Shown here: positions 55,481 through 64,000 of the stretch, one piece after another
How positions within the stretch are numbered: the first letter of the stretch is position 1
Layout: each line of letters starts with the position of its first letter
From: Clostridia bacterium
GTDB lineage: Bacteria > Bacillota > Clostridia > Acetivibrionales > JBAZRJ01
NCBI GenBank assembly: GCA_041662985.1
Contig: JBAZRJ010000001.1
Location: 4,667-68,666, forward strand
Direction: 5' to 3'
Length of the DNA stretch: 64,000 nucleotides
The notes under the pieces: generated by a model
What the model saw: only the letters and a program-made list of their open reading frames with translations
What the model was told of the DNA's origin: nothing
The model's database searches: none
Translations under genes and position numbers: made by a program

Positions 55481-56467
55481 TCACCAATCGATTTTCATTG
55501 TTTTTCTTACTTCGGAAATTGTTTTCTCTGCGACTTTTCTTGCGCTTATATTGCCGTTTTCGACTACTTCTCTAATGAAATTAGGTTTTTTAATGATTTC
55601 CTGGCGTTTTTCATATATAGGAGACATATAATCAACCATCTTTTCATACAAATTCTTTTTGCACTGAACACAGCCGATTTTTCCTCCTTTGCACATTTCT
55701 TTGATTTCAGGAACATCGGATTCGCTGAAAATTTTGTGAAATGCAAAAACAGTGCAAATTTCAGGGTGACCAGGGTCGTCTTTTTTTATTCTTGCCGGGT
55801 CTGTTATCATTGTCTTAACTTTTCCGATGATTTCTTCCGGAGAATCGGACATATATATCGCATTATCATAGCTTTTGCTCATTTTTCTGCCATCAAGCCC
55901 GGGCAGAATCTTTGCTTTCGTTAGTAGAGGGTTGGGTTCGGGGAATATTTCACCGTATAAATAATTGAATCTTCTCGCTATTTCGCGAGTCAATTCAAGA
56001 TGCGGAAGCTGGTCTTCTCCAACGGGCACAAAGTCTGCTTTGTACATCAGTATATCCGCTGCCTGAAGGCACGGATAACCCAGGAATCCATATGTTGTTA
56101 TATTCTTGTCTTTTATTTGCGAAAGCTGGTCCTTATATGTAGGACATCTCAACAGCCACGATAATGGTGTCGACATTGAAAAAAGCAGAAACAATTCGGC
56201 GTGTTCTTTAATACTCGACTGAAGAAAAATTGTTGATTTTTCGGGGTCAAGACCGGCACTCAGAAAATCGATAACAAGATCATTAATATTGTTTTTCAAA
56301 TCTGAAGTGTCCTCATATCCGGTTGTTAACGCATGCCAATCAGCGATAAAGTAAAAACATTTATATTCGTTCTGCAATTTAACCCAGTTTTCAAGCGCCC
56401 CAAAGTAATTGCCCAGGTGCAGCGAACCTGTTGGCCTCATACCGCTTAAGATTTTTCCCTTATCCAT
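55481..56467 (-). CDS. trpS: tryptophan--tRNA ligase
   Basis: Class I motifs GSLHLGNYFG (HIGH) and KMSKS. 328 aa. AAGGAG RBS. Confidence 0.95.
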   Translation of the reverse strand: MDKGKILSGMRPTGSLHLGNYFGALENWVKLQNEYKCFYFIADWHALTTGYEDTSDLKNNINDLVIDFLSAGLDPEKSTIFLQSSIKEHAELFLLFSMSTPLSWLLRCPTYKDQLSQIKDKNITTYGFLGYPCLQAADILMYKADFVPVGEDQLPHLELTREIARRFNYLYGEIFPEPNPLLTKAKILPGLDGRKMSKSYDNAIYMSDSPEEIIGKVKTMITDPARIKKDDPGHPEICTVFAFHKIFSESDVPEIKEMCKGGKIGCVQCKKNLYEKMVDYMSPIYEKRQEIIKKPNFIREVVENGNISARKVAEKTISEVRKTMKIDW

Positions 56468-56575
56468 GATTCCACACTCCTTTGATGTTTATAACAGAAT
56501 TGAAGTTATTTTAAAGCTGATTAAGTAAGATAGAACATTTCATATACCGTTAACATTATATTCGTTATTTAATTA

Positions 56576-56604
56576 ATTGTAAATTTTCAAAGTTAAACTG
56601 TCAA
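56576..56604 (-). promoter_or_regulatory. sigma-A-type trpS promoter
   Basis: On the - strand: TTGACA (56604-56599), 17-bp spacer, TACAAT (56581-56576). About 100-nt leader with no T-box sequence. Confidence 0.6.
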
Positions 56605-56662
56605 TTAATAATATATTTATGCTATAATTTATTAACAATACATTAATTAAGGGAGTAGAAAA

Positions 56663-57331
56663 ATGTTTAATTTTGATTTTTTAATAGATACACTACTGTT
56701 ATTGCCCGGAATTTTAATCGGTATAACTTTTCACGAGTTCGCACATGCTTTTGTATCAGACAGGCTTGGAGACCCAACTCCAAGAGCCACTGGCAGACTT
56801 TCACTTTCTCCGACTGCTCACATCGATCCTGTTGGATTTTTGATGTTGCTGTTATTTAGATTCGGCTGGGCAAAACCTGTTCAAATTGACACGCGCTATT
56901 ATAAAAAGCCGATAAGAGATGAAAATCTTGTTTCTCTGGCGGGAGTTGTGACGAATCTCCTGTTGGCAATTTTGTTTACGGGATTTTATAAAATTTTTAT
57001 AACTTTCGTAATACCCAGCATTTCAACATTAGATACAAATATTTTAATTGTTTTTTTAAAACTATTTAACTATACGATTTATATAAATTTGGTTTTGTGC
57101 ATATTCAATCTTATTCCTATACCGCCTTTGGACGGTTCTCATATATTGATGAATATACTTCCGATTCGAAATACAAGGGCCGGTTACATACTTGAAAGAT
57201 ACGGAATGTATATTCTTATTGGTCTGATAGTTCTTCCGACATTCTTTGGCTTTTCAATACTTACACCTATAATAGATTTTCCACTTAATTTGCTTTCATG
57301 GATATTTGGTATATCGGCTCCATTCATGTGA
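56663..57331 (+). CDS. site-2 protease family (M50) membrane metalloprotease
   Basis: HEFAHAF zinc motif in TM1, polytopic, with a second ligand region NLIPIPPLDGSH. GGGAG RBS. Confidence 0.86.
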   Translation: MFNFDFLIDTLLLLPGILIGITFHEFAHAFVSDRLGDPTPRATGRLSLSPTAHIDPVGFLMLLLFRFGWAKPVQIDTRYYKKPIRDENLVSLAGVVTNLLLAILFTGFYKIFITFVIPSISTLDTNILIVFLKLFNYTIYINLVLCIFNLIPIPPLDGSHILMNILPIRNTRAGYILERYGMYILIGLIVLPTFFGFSILTPIIDFPLNLLSWIFGISAPFM

Positions 57332-57355
57332 AAAATAATCATTCGATTTCATGAT

Positions 57356-58045
57356 TCATCTATCTGTTACCAAATCAGCCGAAACGATGAAACGGTCAGG
57401 CGCATGACCGTTATAAATAAACGGATAACATGTTGTCAAGGTCAATACAGTGTGACCGGTATGAACGATAACCGTTCTGTCGTTTGCGTGCACGATTTTT
57501 GTTCCGGTTACTTTATAGATAAAAATACCGGATGAAGTTTGAATAATTAATTGACTTCCTTTTTTGATTTCACCAAGTCTTGCAAAAACCGTATTACGGT
57601 GTCCTGAAAGGACGCAATTATCATTTTCTCCGGGCAATGCGCTTTTAATAAAATGTCCGACTCCCAATGCCAATTCCGGTTCGCCTGTTCCCTGAATTAT
57701 AGGAAATTTCAGACTAAGCTTAGGAATAATAAGACTGCCAATGTTTTCACCGACACTCAGAGATTTGCTATATACATTTGGTTTTTTTGAAGAATCTTTA
57801 TTTACGGTTTTTGAAATGTCTTTTTTGGCGGGTTTTGAATTGTGCTCCGAAGTGTTATTCGTCGCAGGAGTTGGAGCTGCAGGAGTTGGAGACAAGCGTA
57901 TTTCAGACGATTTAAAATAATAGTTTGGCTGTGAAAATACATGGAACGCCGCCCATGAAACGAATCCTATCCCCAAGACTATCAATCCAAGGGATAAGAT
58001 TTTTTTCAATGAATTTTTGTTTGATTTTCTTTTTATATTATCCAT
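57356..58045 (-). CDS. sortase family transpeptidase (class D/E-like)
   Basis: N-terminal TM anchor, Pro/Thr/Lys-rich linker, LSGHRN (His) and LTLTTCYPF (catalytic Cys). Confidence 0.85.
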   Translation of the reverse strand: MDNIKRKSNKNSLKKILSLGLIVLGIGFVSWAAFHVFSQPNYYFKSSEIRLSPTPAAPTPATNNTSEHNSKPAKKDISKTVNKDSSKKPNVYSKSLSVGENIGSLIIPKLSLKFPIIQGTGEPELALGVGHFIKSALPGENDNCVLSGHRNTVFARLGEIKKGSQLIIQTSSGIFIYKVTGTKIVHANDRTVIVHTGHTVLTLTTCYPFIYNGHAPDRFIVSADLVTDR

Positions 58046-58090
58046 GATCGTATATTTACCCGACTTTTTACCGTAACAAACAGTCGGAAA

Positions 58091-59392
58091 TTATTGAAGA
58101 TCGTTTCGGACAATGTCGTCGTAAGTTTCGCGTTTTACAACTATTCTTGACGAACCATTTGAAACAAACAAAACAGGAGGTCGCGGAGTTCGATTATAGT
58201 TGCTCGACATTGAGTAATTGTAAGCACCGGTTGCAAGAACAGCAAGAAGATCACCTGCTTTTATTTTTGGCAATTTAATATCTTTTATCAATAAATCGCC
58301 TGACTCGCAGCATTTTCCGGCTATTGTAAAAGTCTCAGTTTTTTCGTCGCAAGGTCTGCTTGCAAGAACTGCATCGTATTTTGCATTATATAATGCGTAT
58401 CTTGGATTATCGGTCATCCCGCCGTCAACGGATACATATTTTCTGACGTTCTTGATATCCTTCACTGCTCCGACTGTATAAAGCGTGATTCCCGCAGAGC
58501 CGACAATTGACCTTCCTGGTTCAAACAGCAGGACAGGCAGATTGTAGTTGTTTTTTGCGCATTCACCTTTTACGGATTCAACGACGGCTTTAATATAATC
58601 CTCGCATTCCAAAGGAGTATCTTCATCAATGTACTTAATTCCAAATCCGCCCCCAAGGTTCAATTCTGTTATTTCAATATTCAGTTCTTTTTTGACCTTT
58701 ACCATCAAATCTATCATTACTTCAGCTGCAGTTTGGAAAGGCGCCAGCTCGAATATCTGCGAACCAATATGGCAGTGAATGCCTTTAACGCTGACGTTTG
58801 ACATTTTTGAAGCCATTTTGATTATTTCATAGGCCTCTCCGTTTTCCAGAGCGACACCGAATTTAGAATCTATCTGACCGGTTTTAGTGAAATCATGTGT
58901 ATGCGCTTCAATTCCGGGTTTAATTCTGAATGAAATATTGATTGTTTTATCAAAAATCAGAGCAATGCTGTTTATTGTCTCAAGTTCTTCAACATTGTCC
59001 ACAACAATTCTTCCGACATTGTTGTTTATAGCAAGCTCTATTTCTTCATAGGTTTTATTGTTACCGTGAAAATAGATTTTATCCATCGGGAAACCGGCCT
59101 TTATCGCCGTATAAAGTTCTCCTCCGGAAACAACATCAAGACCCATTCCCTCATCTTTAACAAGATTGCACATAGCAATCGTACAAAATGCTTTGCTTGC
59201 ATATAAAACAAGGCCTTTACCTTTATAATGCTTTGCCAGCGCGTCTGTATAGTTCCTGCAGTTTTCTCTGATTAAACCTTCATCCATCACATACAAAGGG
59301 GTGCCGTATTTCATGGATAATTCCATGCAATCGCAGCCGCCGATTGTCAAGTGATTGTTTGAATTTAGTGTTAAGGCTTTTGAATTAAACAT
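58091..59392 (-). CDS. lysA: diaminopimelate decarboxylase
   Basis: YASKAF (PLP Lys), LGGGFGIKY, CCESGD. I prefer ATG 59392 to GTG 59401. Confidence 0.9.
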   Translation of the reverse strand: MFNSKALTLNSNNHLTIGGCDCMELSMKYGTPLYVMDEGLIRENCRNYTDALAKHYKGKGLVLYASKAFCTIAMCNLVKDEGMGLDVVSGGELYTAIKAGFPMDKIYFHGNNKTYEEIELAINNNVGRIVVDNVEELETINSIALIFDKTINISFRIKPGIEAHTHDFTKTGQIDSKFGVALENGEAYEIIKMASKMSNVSVKGIHCHIGSQIFELAPFQTAAEVMIDLMVKVKKELNIEITELNLGGGFGIKYIDEDTPLECEDYIKAVVESVKGECAKNNYNLPVLLFEPGRSIVGSAGITLYTVGAVKDIKNVRKYVSVDGGMTDNPRYALYNAKYDAVLASRPCDEKTETFTIAGKCCESGDLLIKDIKLPKIKAGDLLAVLATGAYNYSMSSNYNRTPRPPVLFVSNGSSRIVVKRETYDDIVRNDLQ

Positions 59393-59502
59393 TGTAACCA
59401 CCTTCCGTTGGGAAATATCGTCATTTATTAAATTATAGTAACATTATTTAATATCTGCGTCAACCTTGTATACGCAGTATCCAAGGTGTCTTAGAGATGT
59501 TA

Positions 59503-60804
59503 TTAATCTATAAAAGAGTGAATAAGCGGTTTGATAACAGGCTTTTCACTTGAATACAAAATTGATTTTTTAAAAATGCTGTTTGATTCGATTAACTTGT
59601 TTTCTGAATCAGAGTAAAAAGTAGCAAGAGTGTCGCCTTTTGTTACAAAATCACCGACCTTTGCTTTAAGTATTATACCTGCGTTATTGTCAATCAAACT
59701 GTCTTCGGTTTCTCTTCCGGCGCCCAAAATCATTGCAGCTATCCCAATCAATTTTGTGTTATACGAAGAAATGTATCCCGTTGCATCGGAAGTAACCTCA
59801 TGTTGTAACTTTGATTCACCAAACAGCGAGTAATCGTAAATTACATCTCGATTGCCGCCTTGAATGCTTATCAATTCGGCAAATTTATTCAACGCAGTGC
59901 CGTTTTTAATTGAGTTCACTGCAAGATCAGTGCAATGTTCTGGATTTCCTTTGCCGGCAAGCTCCAGAATTTTCGAACTGATAACAATTGATATATCAAG
60001 AAGATCTTTTGGTCCCCGTCCTTTAAGCGTCTCAATTGCTTCAATGATTTCAAGTGAATTTCCGATTGAATAACCGAGAGGGTTGTCCATTTCAGTAATA
60101 AAAGCTACAGTTTTCTTACTGAATTTTCTGCCTATTCCAACCATAAGTTTGGCAAGTTTTATTGAATCATCAATGGACTTTGTAAGAGCGCCGCTTCCTG
60201 TTTTAACATCAAGAACTATTACATCTGAACCGGTAGCGATTTTTTTGCTCATAATACTGCTTGCAATCAGCGGAATACAGTCAGAAGTTGCAGTTACATC
60301 CCTTAAAGCATAGACTTTTTTATCTGCGGGAGTAATGTTTCCTGTCTGCGTTGAGATTGACAGACCGATTTTTCTGACATTGCTTATAATTTGGTCGATT
60401 GTGAGATTTGAATTAAATCCCGGAATTGAGTTTAACTTATCAATAGTCCCGCCGGTATGCCCCAGTCCCTTACCGGACAATTTGACAATCGGGACTCCGC
60501 AGGCTGCTGCAACGGGTGCAACTATTAAGGTGGTTTTATCACCTACCCCGCCTGTGCTGTGCTTATCAAACTTTATTCCCGGAATTGATGAGAGATTGAA
60601 AATTTCACCCGAATGTATCATTGCTCCCGTCAAATTAAATATTTCATCTTCGGTCATTCCTCTTAAATATATAGCCATCAGAAGTGCTGATGCCTGATAA
60701 TCAGGAATGTTCCCAGTTGAAAATCCATTTATAAAAAAATTGATTTCTTCTGCTGTTAATACATATCCGTCGCGTTTCTTTTCAATTATATCGTACATCC
60801 TCAT
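59503..60804 (-). CDS. pdp: pyrimidine-nucleoside phosphorylase
   Basis: MRMYDIIEKKRDG N-terminus and DKHSTGGVGDKTTL phosphate-binding motif. I chose the start at ATG 60804. Confidence 0.92.
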   Translation of the reverse strand: MRMYDIIEKKRDGYVLTAEEINFFINGFSTGNIPDYQASALLMAIYLRGMTEDEIFNLTGAMIHSGEIFNLSSIPGIKFDKHSTGGVGDKTTLIVAPVAAACGVPIVKLSGKGLGHTGGTIDKLNSIPGFNSNLTIDQIISNVRKIGLSISTQTGNITPADKKVYALRDVTATSDCIPLIASSIMSKKIATGSDVIVLDVKTGSGALTKSIDDSIKLAKLMVGIGRKFSKKTVAFITEMDNPLGYSIGNSLEIIEAIETLKGRGPKDLLDISIVISSKILELAGKGNPEHCTDLAVNSIKNGTALNKFAELISIQGGNRDVIYDYSLFGESKLQHEVTSDATGYISSYNTKLIGIAAMILGAGRETEDSLIDNNAGIILKAKVGDFVTKGDTLATFYSDSENKLIESNSIFKKSILYSSEKPVIKPLIHSFID

Positions 60805-60862
60805 ATAACCACGCTCCAAAGAAAATTCCATACACGTTCTTACGAGATTACAACTTAACGTG

Positions 60863-61414
60863 CTAATCGATATTTATTTCATTTTTTACAATTTTATCTG
60901 CAAGAAGAATCCCTATTATTGTTTTTGAATCAGTAATTTCTCCGTCTAAAATCATTTTTATCGTTTTTTCGATAGGAATCTTAACAGAAGAAATAAATTC
61001 ATCTTCATCGGCATTTGATTTTCCTTCGGTAAGTTCTGTGGCGACAAACAGATGGAGTATTTCGTTTGAAAATCCGGGTGTGCTATGTACACTTGCAATA
61101 TGTTTAATATTTTTGCTTTCAAGTCCTGTTTCTTCCTTCAATTCTCTTGCTGCACATTTTATCGGCTCTTCTCCTTCATCGAGTTTACCTGCAGGGATTT
61201 CAAGGGTTATGCAGTCAATTGGCTTTCTGTATTGTTCAACAAGATATATTTCACGATTGGCGCTAATTGGAATGATAACCGCTGCTCCGGGGTGCTTTAC
61301 TATATCTCTGGTGGTTATTTTACCGTTGGGTAGAATTACGGTTTGCATGCTTATATCAATAACATTTCCCCTATAGATATGCTTTTCATCTATGGTTTTT
61401 TCGTAATAATCCAT
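60863..61414 (-). CDS. nudF: ADP-ribose pyrophosphatase (Nudix hydrolase)
   Basis: Nudix box GKLDEGEEPIKCAARELKEETG. 183 aa. Confidence 0.88.
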   Translation of the reverse strand: MDYYEKTIDEKHIYRGNVIDISMQTVILPNGKITTRDIVKHPGAAVIIPISANREIYLVEQYRKPIDCITLEIPAGKLDEGEEPIKCAARELKEETGLESKNIKHIASVHSTPGFSNEILHLFVATELTEGKSNADEDEFISSVKIPIEKTIKMILDGEITDSKTIIGILLADKIVKNEINID

Positions 61415-61459
61415 TTGATTTCCTCCAAAATTACTGTTGTTAAATGAGTTAATCCAATA

Positions 61460-61912
61460 TCAATCGACTTCACGGTTTCGCATTTCTTCTATAACGCCTG
61501 TAGCAAGCTCGTCGCATCTATTATTGAATTCGTTGTCGCTGTGACCCTTTACTTTATTCCAGGTAATTCTGTTGCCGTTTGCCAATGCAATTAATTCCTG
61601 CCAAAATTCTATATTTTTGACTTTCTTCTTATTTGCGTTCTTCCATCCGTTTTTCTGCCAGGTTTCTATCCATCCTTCGTTGAAAGCATTTACAAGATAA
61701 GCACTGTCGCTGTATAGATCTATTTCACAAGATTCCTTAAGGCATTTAAGCGCTTCAAGAGCGGCACGAAGCTCCATTTTATTGTTTGTGGTATCCTTCT
61801 CAAAACCGAAAATTTCCTTAATTTTATCTCCGTGTCTCAGAATTGCCGCCCAGCCGCCATCGCCGGGATTTCCGGAACATGCACCATCAGTATAAATAAT
61901 AACCTTTTTCAT
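61460..61912 (-). CDS. rnhA: ribonuclease HI
   Basis: IYTDGACSGNPGDGGWAAIL, NNKMEL and a YSDSAY DEDD catalytic pattern. Confidence 0.92.
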   Translation of the reverse strand: MKKVIIYTDGACSGNPGDGGWAAILRHGDKIKEIFGFEKDTTNNKMELRAALEALKCLKESCEIDLYSDSAYLVNAFNEGWIETWQKNGWKNANKKKVKNIEFWQELIALANGNRITWNKVKGHSDNEFNNRCDELATGVIEEMRNREVD

Positions 61913-61932
61913 TTTTTATTCCCTTCGAAAAA

Positions 61933-62748
61933 TCAACTGTAGGTTTGCCCTATTTCTTTTGCCTTTTTTGTACATTCATTCATTGCATCAATTATTGAAT
62001 TTCTGAATCCATTTGATTCGAGAGCCCGGACGGCCTCAATCGTTGTTCCGCCGGGTGAACAGACCTGATCTTTAAGAATGCTTGGGTGTAATCCTGTTTC
62101 CAGAACCATTTTTGCAGATCCAAGAACTGACTGAGCTGCTAAAGTGTAGGCGAGATTTTCAGGTATTCCGGATTGAATTGCTGTATCAGCCATAGTTTCA
62201 ATAAACATATAAACATATGCGGGACTGCTTCCTGTGAGTGCCGTAACTTCATTCATCAGGTTTTCGTCAAGCAACTCCACCTTACCTACACATCTGAATA
62301 ATTCCAGCACTGTTTCACAGTCATTCTTTGAAATGTTTTCGGGACATGAAATAATCGACATTCCTTCACCAACCAATGCAGGGGTGTTTGGCATGACTCT
62401 GACAACTTTTTTATTCTTGCCTAAAATTTCTTTATAAAAATCGGTTGGGATTCCGACGGCTATTGTTACGAGCAGTTTGTCTGCACTAAACGCATCTATG
62501 CAATCAGAAAGCACACTTTTAACCATATTTGGCTTAACGGCAAGAATTATTACGTCTGACTTTAAAACAACCTCTTTTGCGCTGTCAAGGGCGCTTGTAT
62601 TTGTTTCGGAAGCCAGGTCGGTTAACTTTTTTTTGTCGATATCATAAATAGATATATTTCCTGGTGAAATTATCCCCGATTTTACTATACTTTTAATCAT
62701 TGCGGAACCCATATTTCCTGTCCCTATAAATCCAAGACATTTATCCAT
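61933..62748 (-). CDS. proC: pyrroline-5-carboxylate reductase
   Basis: GFIGTGNMGSAMI Rossmann motif and C-terminal SPGGTT. ATG 62748 follows AGGAGG. The track start at 62862 is an upstream extension. Confidence 0.92.
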   Translation of the reverse strand: MDKCLGFIGTGNMGSAMIKSIVKSGIISPGNISIYDIDKKKLTDLASETNTSALDSAKEVVLKSDVIILAVKPNMVKSVLSDCIDAFSADKLLVTIAVGIPTDFYKEILGKNKKVVRVMPNTPALVGEGMSIISCPENISKNDCETVLELFRCVGKVELLDENLMNEVTALTGSSPAYVYMFIETMADTAIQSGIPENLAYTLAAQSVLGSAKMVLETGLHPSILKDQVCSPGGTTIEAVRALESNGFRNSIIDAMNECTKKAKEIGQTYS

Positions 62749-62855
62749 TTCCTTGCCTCCTGTTTCGTTTTCAGTCAAATAAAATGATACCATAAAACCA
62801 TTTTTATAACAAATACGATAATTATAAATTATGTAGTAGCGAGAGCATTTAATTA

Positions 62856-62884
62856 TTGACATGAAAACATCGCTGCTGTATACT
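62856..62884 (+). promoter_or_regulatory. sigma-A-type promoter for tRNA-Trp
   Basis: TTGACA (62856-62861), 17-bp spacer, TATACT (62879-62884), about 18 nt before the tRNA. Confidence 0.6.
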
Positions 62885-62902
62885 TATAATCGTCTATTTC
62901 GT

Positions 62903-62978
62903 AGGGGAGTAGCGCAATTGGTAGAGTAGCGGTCTCCAAAACCGTCGGTTGCAGGTTCGAGTCCTGTCTCCCCTGCCA
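62903..62978 (+). tRNA. tRNA-Trp (anticodon CCA), CCA-encoded
   Basis: AGGGGAG acceptor pairs with CTCCCCT. Anticodon loop CTCCAAA, T loop GGTTCGAGTCC, then GCCA end. 76 nt. Confidence 0.93.
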
Positions 62979-62986
62979 AACATAAA

Positions 62987-63015
62987 AACCCGGAGAATTT
63001 TCTTCCGGGTTTTTT
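62987..63015. terminator. bidirectional rho-independent terminator (tRNA-Trp on +, surface-protein gene on -)
   Basis: AACCCGGAG (62987-62995) pairs with TTCCGGGTT (63003-63011). A-run upstream and TTTT downstream. Confidence 0.8.
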
Positions 63016-63049
63016 GCAGTTTGATTATGAAATTTACCTTTTTATACTT

Positions 63050-64000
63050 TTACTTCACAATAACTTTATAAGTTGTTTTAATCCCCTTGTAGGTTGCCGT
63101 AATTACGGTTGTTCCCTTTTTAACGGCCCTTATGCTTGTAGTTTTATATACTGCAACATATTTGTTCGATGCTTTCAGCGAAACTGCTGTTGTTACTGTC
63201 TTTTTTGTGTTATTGCTGTAGATTGCCGTGATGGCATTTGTTGTTTTGGCTCCGACTTTCATGTAAACAGTGTTCTTGGCAGGTACAATTTTCTTTAGAA
63301 CAACAGGAGCTTTGATTGAAAACTTATATGAGCCTGAAGTCCAAGCTCTCTGAGCGATTTTAATCTTGTATGTGCCCGCTTTGGCTATTTTAATTGTTTT
63401 GGTTAAGGTTCTCGCCCCACTGACATGGTTATCAAAAGTTGCAAAAATTCCTGAGGTATCCGTTGCAGGAAAAACTGTTTCGAAGCTTGATTTTGATGCG
63501 TCTGTAAAGTAATATCCGTTATTGTCGAGTATTGAAACATTGCATTGCAAAAAACCATCGTTTGAGAAACTTAGTGTGTAATTACCGGGAGTTTTAACGG
63601 TAAATTTATACCAGTCGTAATAATTATCCGGGAAAATATTGTTTGTCGGCCCGTTAAATATCATGTTTCCTTCCCGAACGCTGCCTAAAGTATAGCTTGC
63701 GGCCGTCGAGACAGTCTCTGTTGTTCCTCCCGTGAAATCATCCTTGTATTTCAACGGATAAACAATTATTTTAAATCTGTATGTGTAACCCGTTAAATCG
63801 ATAAAATAATTTCCTTTTGCAACATTACTGAACATTTCCGTGTAAGAAAGCGTGTTTCTTTTGTCCGCACTCACTGAGAATCGCGACGAAGAAATAACTT
63901 TGATCGCAGGATCGTAGAAATCGCCGATTAGTGTTATCGGATATCCGCTGAATTCAACTATTCCATTGGTGCCAGCTGAATAAGGATTGTCAGGGCTTCC
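63050..64000 (-). CDS. secreted/surface protein fragment, 5'-truncated by the window edge: PPC-like beta-sandwich region(s) plus C-terminal Big_2 Ig-like domain
   Basis: The frame stays open to base 64000; the GTG at 63874 in the track is internal. DWYKFTV...GNYTLSFS resembles a pre-peptidase C-terminal domain. The last ~80 aa (VTTAVSLKASNKYVAVYKTTSIRAVKKGTTVITATYKG) are Big_2-like. No LPXTG. Confidence 0.8.
   Translation of the reverse strand, partial: GSPDNPYSAGTNGIVEFSGYPITLIGDFYDPAIKVISSSRFSVSADKRNTLSYTEMFSNVAKGNYFIDLTGYTYRFKIIVYPLKYKDDFTGGTTETVSTAASYTLGSVREGNMIFNGPTNNIFPDNYYDWYKFTVKTPGNYTLSFSNDGFLQCNVSILDNNGYYFTDASKSSFETVFPATDTSGIFATFDNHVSGARTLTKTIKIAKAGTYKIKIAQRAWTSGSYKFSIKAPVVLKKIVPAKNTVYMKVGAKTTNAITAIYSNNTKKTVTTAVSLKASNKYVAVYKTTSIRAVKKGTTVITATYKGIKTTYKVIVK

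Noticed and set aside
57332-57355. AATCAT-N8-ATGATT hairpin between the convergent M50 protease and sortase genes, considered as a terminator
   Set aside because: The stem is 6 bp and AT-only with no flanking T-tract. Too weak to call.

Overview
This 64-kb window is low-GC Firmicutes/Clostridia-type chromosome, densely packed with core housekeeping genes. I see no rRNA, CRISPR array, transposase, prophage or recognisable defence island.

**Layout**
- The left 14 kb is entirely on the + strand. It holds the conserved ffh-rpsP-khpA-rimM-trmD-rplS-lepB-rbgA-rnhB-yraN block, then an aminotransferase, purB, a GntR regulator, a Xer-like tyrosine recombinase, and an LCP-DedA-PHP envelope cassette.
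- At 14.04-14.20 kb coding polarity flips. 43 of the 48 remaining CDSs are on the - strand.
- The - strand run includes:
  - mnmA-nifU-nifS, a LarA-like gene, pgsA and rimO.
  - recX-recA (with an SOS box), murJ and cinA.
  - An ACT/PaaK/IorAB/PaaK/LctP aryl-acid cluster.
  - A beta-CASP MBL nuclease, murD, cheR and speD.
  - The ispH-S1 fusion, plsC, cmk, aroH, a flavoprotein and RpiR.
  - A 5S/1.3S/12S transcarboxylase-like trio and speB-speE.
  - rluB-scpB-scpA-trpS, a sortase, lysA, pdp, nudF, rnhA and proC.
  - A partial surface protein at the right edge.
- The + strand exceptions are acd-etfB-etfA (EtfA carries an N-terminal ferredoxin domain), a small membrane protein, an M50 protease, tRNA-Leu(CAG) and tRNA-Trp(CCA).

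**Most unusual signal**
A perfect 28-bp inverted repeat has one copy inside the 3' end of the tyrosine recombinase gene. The other copy lies 2.6 kb away in the convergent gap before mnmA. Together they bracket the LCP-DedA-PHP cassette, and the second copy encodes an alternative recombinase C-terminus. This could be an invertible gene-scale segment or an inversion scar.

**Other findings**
These are modest: operator-like palindromes, an ORF missing from the track, gene-context oddities, and a possible replication-terminus-like strand switch. I do not see a clear, self-contained novel multi-gene system. All family assignments come from motif recognition by eye, not from database searches.
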